DNA from: Chrysomallon squamiferum
Taxonomy: Eukaryota > Animalia > Mollusca
Direction: 5' to 3'
Assembly (NCBI GenBank): GCA_012295275.1
Contig: CM022672.1
Location: 9,362,001-9,426,000, forward strand
Length of the DNA: 64,000 nt
The notes under the pieces were generated by a model. That model saw only the letters and a list, made by a program, of their open reading frames with translations, made no database searches and was not told the origin of the DNA. Positions 20,001-31,105 of the stretch are shown in pieces; the stretch's first letter is position 1, and every line of letters begins with the position of its first letter. The translations under genes were made by a program, and so were the position numbers.

Positions 20001-23000
20001 CATTTATTTGTTTTTATTTTTTATTTTTGATCCAATGTGATAAAAAATATTACTAAATTTTGGGAAGAGTTTTTGAATTTGTTTTGATATTTCTAAATAA
20101 AATTATCGTTAGCTCTTAATCCTTCAATTTATTAAAACAAAAATAAAATAAAAAAGGTTTTCAAATATAAATAGATATTGTTATTTTAATAATTCTTTTT
20201 TAAATGGTTAAGTTTGAGAATTTTACAATTTTATCCCCTAAACTGTTGCTTCATTTTCTTTCTTTTCTTTTTATTACTTTTTATTTTTCTGTCACTCTCT
20301 CTCTCTTACTTTTTCAGGTAAACGTGTTCACAGCAATGCTTTCCTCAGTCCAAGGTGGGGTGGGATTTTGATTTACAATGTCCCTTCGCCACCCCAAAAC
20401 GCCCCTCTCCCCCACACAGCCAGTGTAGATATGAGACAAATGATGGAAGTTTTCATTACACAGTTACGTTACCTGTTCAACCTACAGTCACAGGTGTGTG
20501 TTTTTATATATCTTAAACTGTTTAATGTGTGTTTTTGAAATATGATGTAACAGTATTATAGACTAATTTTTTAATTATTTTAAAATTCTTTTATAATTTC
20601 TTTAGTTTTTCTTATTATTTATTAACTTTGTTTACTACTGTTATGTTTCCAATCTTTTTCACAATTCTTTCATTTTTTCTTTTTTTAGTCTTTATTTTTT
20701 GCTTGTTTACTTATTTATTTATTTCTTATTAATATGATGATTATTATTTATTAATTTATTTATTAATTTATTTATTTATTTATTTATTTATTTATTTGTG
20801 TTAGTTTTTGTTGTTGTTTTGTTGTTGTTGCTTATTATTTTATTTGTGGTCTGATTCACTTCAATTAAATTTCAGGCATCTCAAGATGTTGTTTTACCTG
20901 AAATAGGAAATGACGGTGTCACTGAATGGGTAAGTTTTTATCTTTGATTTTTTTCTAGTAAAAATAATTTCTAAGTGCTTTATAAATTACAAAACGTCAC
21001 AAAATAATAGACCATGATTGTTAAAAAATTTTTTTTTTTTTTTTTTTTTTTTTAACTATAATTTAATTTACATTTTGCTTGTGACGTATCATTAGTATTA
21101 TGGTTCAGAAAGAAAATATTTTCTTTCAAAGACATTCATTAAAATACAAAAGCTTTAATAATATATATATATGAAGTACTTAGATTTAGAACAGTAAGAT
21201 CTAACCAACGTAAGATAATATTTTTATTTCTTTATTATTATTTTTATTTCTTTATTATTTTTTTTTAGGAACTAGACTCATGGTTAAGGATAATGTGTGT
21301 AGAGAACATAGCAACATCCACAGTGACTCTGCAGTCTCTAGCACAGTTGTTAGGTCAGATCAGCAACATCGTCATCAAGGATGACATAGCCCTAGAGGTA
21401 ACATACAACTTTAATACATACCATTATTTGTAAACTGATTTAACATCATAGTTTTTTAATATTATCATTAATTATTTCTTCCTTTAATTAATATATTAAC
21501 TTCAATTGAAAGTGATGAGTTTAGTATTTTAAATATATTTTTAAATTTTACACCATTACTTTTAAAATAGATGTTTTTTTAATATCATTGTTAATTATTT
21601 CTTCGTTTAATGCAAATTAAAATATTATCTTCAATTTAGAGCCATTTGTTCAGTATTTTAAGTATTCTTTAAAAAAATTATTTTAAATCTTTTATAAAAT
21701 TACTTGTTTTTTTTTTAATATTATTGTTAATGATAAACTTCAAGTAAGAATCATTTGTTCAGTATTTTAAATATTTGTTCAAATTTTATTTATTTTATGT
21801 TTTCATATTCAAATTAATTCCTTCACTTTGCATCATAGACTGAATCTTAACTAGACAATAGTATTTAATTTTAAATTTTCTTTTGTACCCAAACCCCTGA
21901 GTTGATGTGTTTATTACTTAGAAATGGCTAAAGAGTAATTCAGTTGAAACTTGCTTTACTTTGTTTTATATTACATACATTTAAAAAAAAAAAAAAAAAA
22001 AAAAATCAAAAACCAACAAAACTGGAAACAGAAATTTAATTCCTCATGTTAAATAAAAGGGATTTAAAAGATAAGAGTTGATTTTAAAAAATGTTCAAAT
22101 ATTTTTTTTTGTTTTATTCCCATCTTTTCAGAAATTATTCTGTCCTTCATTTTCTAAGTTAAACTTATGAACATTTTATTCCACTGTGACATTATTCTTT
22201 TTATTTTATTTTACAGGTGGAGTTGGCTGTCAGCAATGTCAAACAGGCAAAAAAGCATTTGGCTGAAGGGAATTTGGAGGAAGCTTTCTTGGCTTCAAGA
22301 GATGCAGTTTCTGAATCCGGTAAAATAAATTGGGTCTTGTGGGTTCTTAGTATCTTTAGGGTGAATTATTATGAAAAGTTCTAAGTTAAAAATTGGTATT
22401 GGAATTTTTAAACACAGGCTTGTTGTAATAATATATCATATAATTTTATTTTATTTTGTTTTATTTATTTTAACTATTCCTTCATTATATCTTGTCAGTT
22501 ATGGAGAAAAAGATAAACTAGGGGAGATAACCTAGAAAGAATTCATATTATTCAGTTCATAAGTCTAACTGGTAAAATTTTCAAATTGTTTTCATTTTTT
22601 TTATTAGTTAATGAAAATAGAAAGATTTCAGAGTATTTAATTTATTTATTTATTTTTTTATATATTCCTTTATTTTTTTCTCCAGAAAAAGCTTTCTTTG
22701 ATCCTTCTCTGCTGGAGTTGCTTTATTTCCCAGAAGATCAAAAGTAAGTACTCAGAATTCTATTATTTTTATTTTCTATTTATTTATTATTATTTATTTT
22801 TAGGTAGGGGCAGTTTTATTATTTTAATTATTTACAATGATCTGTAACAAGAATTAATTATGTAATTGTTTTCTTTTCATCATACAAAAATGTAACAGTA
22901 TTTGCTTTTTATTTGTGTATTTCACCACAGGATAACAGATAATTATAAAATAATTTCATTTTTCAGATTTGCCATTTACATTCCACTGTTCCTGCCCATT

Positions 23001-23075
23001 AGCATTCCTGTTTTAACTACTGTCATACAAGGAGTAAAATGGCTGAGAAAAAGACATAAAGATAAACAAGAATAG
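13998..23075 (+). CDS. PIGS: GPI transamidase component PIG-S, complete, 16 exons, 545 aa
   Basis: Exons 13998-14025, 14475-14614, 15056-15149, 15655-15756, 16266-16412, 16963-17072, 17683-17803, 18122-18183, 18735-18849, 19275-19364, 20318-20493, 20876-20929, 21269-21397, 22217-22319, 22686-22743, 22967-23075 total 1638 nt in one frame. PIG-S signatures [61 protein letters not shown]; C-terminal KxKxx (KDKQE) ER-retrieval motif. Confidence 0.95.
14475..14614 (+). CDS. PIGS: PIG-S exon 2 (N-terminal TM, PLWWKTT)
   Basis: tattag| and CCT|gtgagt. Confidence 0.95.
15056..15149 (+). CDS. PIGS: PIG-S exon 3
   Basis: tttcag| and TAG|gtaaat; [31 protein letters not shown]. Confidence 0.85.
15655..15756 (+). 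CDS. PIGS: PIG-S exon 4
   Basis: ttgtag| and AAG|gtaaat; [33 protein letters not shown]. Confidence 0.85.
16266..16412 (+). CDS. PIGS: PIG-S exon 5
   Basis: tttcag| and ATG|gtacag; [22 protein letters not shown]...VIGKYHSFY. Confidence 0.85.
16963..17072 (+). CDS. PIGS: PIG-S exon 6
   Basis: ttccag| and AAG|gtaaaa. Confidence 0.85.
17683..17803 (+). CDS. PIGS: PIG-S exon 7
   Basis: tcacag| and AAG|gtaaaa; [11 protein letters not shown].....WDVE. Confidence 0.92.
18122..18183 (+). CDS. PIGS: PIG-S exon 8
   Basis: ttccag| and CAA|gtaagt; [20 protein letters not shown]. Confidence 0.9.
18735..18849 (+). CDS. PIGS: PIG-S exon 9
   Basis: tttcag| and TTG|gtgagg; [13 protein letters not shown]. 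Confidence 0.92.
19275..19364 (+). CDS. PIGS: PIG-S exon 10
   Basis: tattag| and CAG|gtgata; [10 protein letters not shown]....SPLYL. Confidence 0.92.
20318..20493 (+). CDS. PIGS: PIG-S exon 11
   Basis: tttcag| and CAG|gtgtgt; [15 protein letters not shown]. Confidence 0.95.
20876..20929 (+). CDS. PIGS: PIG-S exon 12
   Basis: tttcag| and TGG|gtaagt; [18 protein letters not shown]. Confidence 0.88.
21269..21397 (+). CDS. PIGS: PIG-S exon 13
   Basis: ttttag| and GAG|gtaaca; ELDSWLR...[21 protein letters not shown]. Confidence 0.94.
22217..22319 (+). CDS. PIGS: PIG-S exon 14
   Basis: ttacag| and CCG|gtaaaa. Confidence 0.9.
22686..22743 (+). CDS. PIGS: PIG-S exon 15
   Basis: ctccag| and AAA|gtaagt; [20 protein letters not shown]. 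Confidence 0.95.
22967..23075 (+). CDS. PIGS: PIG-S exon 16 (C-terminal TM and stop)
   Basis: tttcag|; [16 protein letters not shown]...KDKQE*. Confidence 0.95.
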
Positions 23076-23580
23076 ACCTTAGTTTTCAATATAATTATTT
23101 CTAATTTAAAGTGTTCTTTTTTTAAATATTTTTATTATTTTAATTTTTTCTTACTTGTTTTTTCTTTATTTATATATATATATATTTTTTGTATTATTTT
23201 CGTCATACAAAATGTAAAGTGGCTAAGAAAAAGATGAACAAGAATATATTTTAGTTCTTTTTATAATTATTATGATATGAACAATTTAAAGATGTTTTTT
23301 TTTTGGTTTCTGTTTAATTTTTATCATACGAGATGTAAAGTGGATGAGAAAAAGAAATATGAACAAGAATAAACTTTGGTTTTCATTATTTATAATTATT
23401 ACTATCTGACAACTTAAGGGAGCTTTTGTATTACTTTTGTCATACAAGATATAAAGTAGCTGATATAATGACAGATAAACAAGAATATATATTTAGTTCT
23501 TTTTATAATTATTACTGTCCGACAACTTAAAGTGTGCTTTTGAATTATTTTTGTCATACAAAGTAAAATGTCTGAGAAAC
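23022..23580 (+). repeat. Degenerate tandem repeat (~5 copies) derived from the PIG-S stop-codon region
   Basis: GTCATACAA..GTAAA.TGGCT.AGAAAAAGA...AACAAGAATA..TTAGTT...TATAATTATT recurs at ~23022, 23202, 23323, 23439 and 23553 (last copy partial). Confidence 0.85.
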
Positions 23581-24271
23581 ACTTCAGTTTACTATCTCAA
23601 CAGTATCAAGGATTTTTTATTTCTTTCAATTCTATTTCAAAATATATATATATATATACACATATACACTTTTTCTTTTTTTGTGTGTGTTTGGCATATT
23701 ATCTATACTAGTTTCTTTATTTTATTTTTAAATACAATACAATTATACATTTTATATAAATTTTATTGATATGTTGTTTTGTTTTGGGTTTTTCTCTTTT
23801 TTTGTAGTTTATTTATTTTTTTATTTATTTTTATATTTATTTCATGGTTTCATTTTTATTTTTTATTATTTATTTTATAACATTGAAATGGTTCCGTTTT
23901 TAATTTCCATTTTAGTATATTACAATGTCATGTATGAAATAACTGTATATTAAATACACATATGTCATGTATGATGAATGCATGTGTGAGTTTGGTTATA
24001 TTTGGTTTTTTCAGTTTGTGAGAATGCGAGTGTTTGAAGTGATATGATGATGACATCACCTAGCACAGTGTTAGAACAAAATTCATTGTTTTATTTTACT
24101 AGCATTGTACATTGTTTAAAATCACCAACATTGAGATCACTGTTTATAATTTGTATGATTAGTCTTTGTAATAGATAATAGATAATACATCATTTCCATT
24201 TGCTTGTAATTATGTTGTGTTGTATATTTAAAATAATGATTAAATATTCGTTATCAGTCCTATTATATATT

Positions 24272-24304
<33 letters not shown>

Positions 24305-24779
24305 ATAAAAGCGAATGTTATAATAATGACATTGTTTTATAAAAAGAAAAAATTTTTCTCCATGTGTTTATGTGGAAAGTGAAAGCGAGACTATCATCGA
24401 TTAACAAGAAGAAATCCTCGGTATGCACACTCCCATAGACAGGACCAGTAGTACAGGACTGACTGACACCGGAAATAGCCTGTTGAAAAGAACTCATCTT
24501 GCATTCAGCAATAACTCAGACCACCACAAAAAAACAAAATAAATAAATAAATAAAAAATAAAACAACTTCTTGGCAGATAATGAAAATAATTACAGCGTG
24601 TAATTAAAAAGATGATTTCCATTACGTCCAGCTATTCAGAAATGAAATAGCTCACAAAATAATTCATGTTGCTTTCTGAGTCATCTAATTGCATAATTAT
24701 TTTAACATAGAACTGAAGTAATGGTAATGAATGCCCAAGTATAACTTCTGATGGGACTCTTGAAAAGAGTCATAACGAG

Positions 24780-26078
24780 ATTTCGGACTTTTCTTCTTCG
24801 CACGAATAGTCAATGACAAACAGAGTAAAGATATTCAAGGTGATTTATTCGCAGTCCTGGCCAAGGTTTCTGTTCACTGGGTCTTCCAGTAACAGAGCCT
24901 TGAGAAAATTATCAGCTTTTGCATTACAAAAAGGACTCGCTAGTTTGGCCGGTCTGCCCAAACATGAAGTTGAAGGCACAGTTTCTGGGGGTGTTCTCAT
25001 TGTTAATGAAAGTCACATCTCATAAAACTATACTCATACTCTATGTTCGGTTTATTTAGCTCCTCGCAATCCTTTCAATTTTAAACCTAAAGACGTTCAA
25101 GATCAAATAATCCGACTTCTATCTCCCTTTATTCTGAATGGGAGATTTCAGTGGTCATGATACCTTGTGGGGTTGTGAAGAGGTTAATAATACAAGCTAA
25201 CAATTGGAAAACTTAATTTTCAAAAATTACCTGATTCTTTTTTATGAAGGTGTACATATTTTCATTGTGCAATTGGTATGTTCACGTCAATAGATTTAAC
25301 CCTTTGCAGTCCATCGGTTTATCTTGATTTCTCTTCGGAAATTGGGCCTGATTCTTGTGGTAGTGACCACTTTTCAATTTTTTTGGAGAATGATGGACCA
25401 CCTTCTCTTGAAGAGTTCAAAGATGGATGCTGATGAAGGCAAACTGGGATAAATTCCGATATCTATGCAGCACTGTCCTGCACCAAACTGCGTATGATGA
25501 CGATCCCATGTCCATGTTTACTTCCATCTTGAAGAACATCGCAGAAGAAACTTTTCTTAAGACTTCGGTGGTACCAGAACGTTGTAAAGATACAATTAAT
25601 GAACGCATCAGGGCCCTTGAAAGATTCAAACGAGAGCCAAATGAGGGCAACCTGAATTCTTATAGTATTACTAGAGCTAAGGGATGCATCAACTCCCAAA
25701 CATCAGTCAAATCTCTGAGGAACAGGATCCGAAAAATTAAGGAAGGGAATCCAGTACCACTGTCCACCATTTGTCTGTCAATGATAATGTACTGGCAGAT
25801 AGCCTTTCTCATTATTCTTTTTCTTTCAGTACAGATGATTTCATATATGTACGTAATGAAGCTGAAAAGCAGACTATTAATTTTTCATCTGAAAATGCGA
25901 AAGTATAAAATATGCACTTCTCAGTAGAAGAGTTGCAGGATAGTCTACATGGACACTTCAGCAGCCCAGATGAAATACACTATCAGCTTCTTAAATATTT
26001 ACACAGCTCATCTCTCTTGCTTCTTCTACGGATTTTTAATAAAATATAGATTTCTGGTGACTTTCCTTCTAACTGGGG
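24780..26078 (+). mobile_element. Decayed non-LTR retrotransposon (LINE, I-group-like): ORF1, APE endonuclease and start of RT region
   Basis: ORF1-like WPRFL...LRKLSAFALQKGLASLAG; APE motifs MGDFSGHDTLWGC (~25138), SIDLTLCS and GSDHFSI (~25359); KANWDKF linker; pre-RT PDEIHYQLLK...IFN.I..SGDFPSNW (~25965-26076); many frameshifts, stops and internal deletions. Confidence 0.88.
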
Positions 26079-26376
26079 CACTGTTAGTGTACTCTGACAG
26101 TTTGCCATGTTTTGGTGGAATGCAGTCCTTTTGCAGAGACAAGGAATGATATATTTGATATATATTATGTAGTGGAATGTTGTAGATTCCATATAAATCT
26201 TTTTATAATAAATATTAAATTTCATTTAAATGCAATAGTTTAATATTGGCGTCTTTAATAAACCATCCTAAATACTGCTGCTTTTTCAAATTTCTAGAAA
26301 TTTTAAATTTCAGTCCAAGATTTGATTAGTCACCTTCTTGTCTAATTGGTTCATTTTTATTTCTGTAGTTGTACAT

Positions 26377-26415
<39 letters not shown>

Positions 26416-27517
26416 TTATTTTGTTCTAAATAAATCAATTTAACGATATGTTTCATGATCATTCGGAAACATTATATATACAGATCAATTAATCTTGGAT
26501 TATATTAAGGTGATCATTGAAAGAAAAACGACCAGAATGAATAAATAAAGAAAGAGAGAGTAGAGAAAGAAGAAGAAATTAGAGCCAAATAATAAGAAGA
26601 GAAAGTGAAATAAATGAGAAAGATAAAAGGAAACGAACAAGTGAGAGATCGAAGAAAAGAATGAAGAAATAAAAGAGGTAAAGGATGAAAGAAAGAAAGA
26701 ATAAAAAAAGATAAATAAAAGGAAGCCTGAAGGATAAACAGAATTAAGAAAAAAATTATTAAAAAAAAATCAGGAAATAGATATCAAAAAATTTAAATTA
26801 AGTTAAAGAAACAAAACAAATAATAATAATAATTAAAATTTAAAAGAAAAAAATAAAAATAAACAAAACAAATAAATAATAATAATTAAAATTAAAAAAA
26901 AAAAAAATAAAGTTAAATAAATAATTAAAAAAATAAATAAATAAATAAAAAAAAAAAAAATAATAATAATTAAAAATAATAAAAAACAAAAACAAAAACA
27001 AAGCCTTAAAAAAAAAAAAATAAAAAATAACTTCTCATGTTACATATCGAAAAATCGACAATGCTGTAACCTAAACCAAAGAATCGTTTTATCCGCAAGT
27101 CCCGTTATTAACATTTTCATCATCAACTGTTCAGTTTGACCTTACCGTACCGTTCGTTATCTGAGCGAGTGAAAAATTGTCTTGCGTAGAACAACCGGCG
27201 GCTAATCTCATTGTTATCTTGTTTTTGTCTTTTGTCTTTTCTGTTCGCAACTGAAAAGACTAATTGCATCCAGAGGCAACAGTCAGATGCTGCTTCTGTA
27301 AAATAAATGGCCAAACAAGAATGTAAAAATAATGATGATGGTAATGATGATGATGGTGTGGTAATAATAATAATAGCCAATGTATTAACAACAACAACCG
27401 TAATGATGAAAATGATGATGATGATAATAATAATCTCTATGTTTCAATAAATGGGTGCATATGTATATATGAATGTATGTTTGTATGTACGTATGCATGG
27501 GGTGTAAATATGTGATA

Positions 27518-27580
<63 letters not shown>

Positions 27581-29559
27581 GTTGTTGTTGTTGTTAATGT
27601 TGTTGTTCTTGTGTTTGTATATATGTGCGTTTAGGTATATATCGATACATGTTTGTATGTACGTATATCTCTAAGTATATATCTGTATGGAATTTATTAT
27701 ATAAAAAAAAAAATTTGGTTTAGAAGGACTAGATGTTTTCTTTCCATCATATTCCGGTACATGTACTAGAAATGTCGTCGACGCCGTCATCCGGGTAATG
27801 ATGTGAACAAATGGGCCGACACAGACGCCGAATTGAGAAAAGCCAAGTAAGCGACAGGAAAATAACCCAAAACTGCTGTCTTGAGGTGTGTGAACAGAGG
27901 TAAAAATAATCTGAAAATTACGTCAAATTGTGCTTGAAATGTTATCTGTTTTCTAAAGACGCGATGCTGGGAAATTCTAGCCGTTTCGTGGGAGAAAAAG
28001 AACAAAAAATCAGACAGATGTATATAAAATAAGAATTGCTGGAAAATATATAGTTTAAAAATAAGAAGAATTTCAAGTAAGACCGATTGACCGAGTCAAT
28101 GAATAGCTGTACGAGTCTGACTAATTTACTGAAAGATTACCGGTAGGCTGACTGGATGACTGACACACTGACCGATTTAATGACTGACTGACTGACCGAC
28201 TGACTGACCGACTGACAAACTAATTTACTGACCAAGCAAGTAACTGACTAAATGGCTGGATGGATGAACAGACAACGATAGCATGGTATATTTTAATGTT
28301 TAAAATATAACGATTTTTTAAATATTTACATATTTAATTTATTTATTTAATATTATTATTATTATTATTTGTGTGTGTATGCGTTGTTATGAAAGAGAAA
28401 ACCCGATTCTGATATTACGGTGCCTATTTTTACTACCAGTAATGTATTTTTAAATATATACATTATTTAATACATTTTATGTAGTCAGTTTGAAAAATAA
28501 GTAAATAAATAATAATGATCGATCGATAGATAGATAGATAGACAGATAGATACACTGATTCATCCATTCACTGACTGACTAATAAACAGACAGATAGACA
28601 GACAGTGGAAAGTGGAAAGCGAAACAGACGTACTCTCCAGGAATGAACCTATGAGATACCACGCTTCAGGCGAAGTCTAACAGAATGAAACACAGACTGG
28701 TCATAAGTGGTAAGTGATAGAAGAAAATTCTGTCCTTGTTTAGAGACACTGCGTGGTCTTTAGTCTGTGTTTACATTCGTTTTTTTCTTTTATTATTATT
28801 TATTCATATTCCTCTGTCGTTTTTCTTTATTATTATTGTTCTTTATCACGATAAGAATGCTGCAGTCTATGACCGTTGAGCTTTCAAAAGCGTGTAAAGT
28901 TTTATTTAAGCGCCTGTATGTAATTATTTATGAACAGTTTTGTAGACACAAAACAATAAAGCTATTATCTTCATTTCTTTAGTTACTAATCATTATTTGT
29001 ATTTTTTTTTTTTTTTTTTTTTTTGGGTGTGGTTGTGTTGTGGGGTGAGTTTGGATTTTTTGCTGTCGCAATGTATTTTCTGAATACTGTTTGACAAAAG
29101 AAAACAAACAAACAAACAAACAAAAAACAACACAAAAAACAAAAAAAAAAAAAAAACACAAAAAACAAACAAACATGGAAAATAGATATGGTGTTATGCA
29201 TGACTGGTCAACCGATCAATAGACCCTATTCATTGCTGTTTCAATTACGTGGAGTTTTTTTTTTTTCCATTCCAGCCACTGCACAGCGATATATTATGTG
29301 TTCCTGTCTATGGGTAGGTAAAAAAAAGAAAAAAAAAAAAAAAAAAAACGCTACTGCTTATCGATCATATTAGCTGATAATGTTTTTCCTGTCTCTATAA
29401 CCACGTAACTGACACTTAATAACCGTTCATTATAAAACTCGTGTTCAAGTGACGTTAAAAATGAATTAATCAAACAACTGATTTGGAAATAGGACTATTT
29501 TAACATTTATTTGTCGTTCATTGCAGAGTAGTACATTCTCAGATTCTGTATATATATGT

Positions 29560-29637
<78 letters not shown>

Positions 29638-30894
29638 TATATACATATATATATATATACACATTCATACCCACCCACCCACCCATCCACCCTACCCACA
29701 CACACGTTTTATGCATAAATGTATGCATAAATGTATGTATGCGTGTGTGCATTTGTGTGTGTACGTGCACATAAAATTCATATATCACTATAAGGTCATT
29801 CCGAGTTGTCAAGGGAACATTACTATAACTGGGCTTCATTAGAACGGAAATTAATATTAGTTTTCCTGTACATGGTCTGGAGATTAATGACGTAACTAAT
29901 ATCTGTAGCAACCATAACCCTGTAGCCTAAAGTCTATTTTTGAGACTGATGGTGATAATAACATTTAGGTACAGCCATCTTCAGTTATCTGTTTTTCAAA
30001 TGCTGTTGGGTTTTTTTAGCGCGAAGAAAATGTTTGTTTTTGCACGTTATTTCCTTTCACAGTGTTTTTATCGCGTACCAAATTTAGCGTTATTGAGCTT
30101 TTATAGCGCAGTAAGATGTCGCTAATGATGATGATGTCGTAGTTATAACGATCGTTTAGTTCTGGACGCAAATTGATAAAACGCCACAGAATGTGGACGA
30201 TTATGTAAATTGTTCAGAATGTATTTACTCTTTCAAGACATTTTGTACCTTGTAATTAATGTCTTGCTTCTGATTGAGAAATCACTGTAGAGATGATTAT
30301 TATTATTATTATTATTATTAGTTTGTTTGTTTGTTTGTTTGATTTTATTTGATTTTATTTATTTATTACAGTCTTGTGAATATTTATCTTGATTGAAAAA
30401 TGTATTTTATGAAAATCTCATTTCGAGCAAAGGTCACACTTGAACGAAAAAAAAAAAAAAATAAAAAAAAAAGAGGTTTGGATAAACCAGACTTAATTAA
30501 TAGTGACTGATCGCTAGTCGGCTATCTGTGGCCCATTGTGGGGAAACTTCGTCAGTGAGGGAATTAGCTTTAACGCTGAAGCCCAGCGTACAAAGAAAGA
30601 ATGGAACAAAATTGTATCAATAACGTGCACACCGTCTCTGGGCCATGCTCACAACCTGACACCAATTCTTCTAATAATTTTCACAGAGTTGGCCTAAAGA
30701 AATTTTTTTTTTTTTTCCACTGCTGCAAGAAAAAAAAAAAGTAATTTTCGCCAGCTATTGTGATGCTGTTGAGTTAACTGAAAACTGGACGGGTGAATAA
30801 GACAAGTGATATGTAAGCTTTTAAACTCGGCTATCATCCGTCGATGATGATGTTGAAGTAATGTGACATAAATATAATTAAGACCGTGGACTCC

Positions 30895-31105
30895 GTCTTA
30901 ATATAATCAATCAGTGTTTTTTTTTTAACGAATGAAGAATCAGTTTTTCTTTTTACTTAATGTTGACAATAAACTCAGTTTTAATATAATCAAACGCTTC
31001 TTAACAAATGAAGAGTCAACATTACTTTTTACTTAATGTTGACAGTTGTCTCAGTTTTGATACAATGATTCACTGTTTAGCAAGTGAAGGATCAGCTTTA
31101 CTTTA
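30895..31105. repeat. Minisatellite, ~75-80-bp unit x ~3
   Basis: TTAAC.AATGAAGA.TCA....T.CTTTTTACTTAATGTTGACA....CTCAGTTTT.ATA.AAT repeated. Confidence 0.8.

Noticed and set aside
23022-23580. CRISPR-like repeat-spacer appearance
   Set aside because: Eukaryotic context, degenerate units whose 'spacers' are homologous to each other, and no cas genes; it is a tandem duplication.
25427-25927. 166-aa ORF as a host gene
   Set aside because: Frameshifted piece of the decayed LINE ORF2.
26520-27030. Long purine/A-rich tracts (also ~45000-45370 and ~61090-61340) as Lys/Glu-rich coding sequence
   Set aside because: Low-complexity decay of simple repeats with frequent stops and no splice signals.
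27770-27846. Possible plus-strand exon KCRRRRHPGNDVNKWADTDAELRKA with |gtaagc donor
   Set aside because: Weak acceptor, no recognisable homology and no partner exons.
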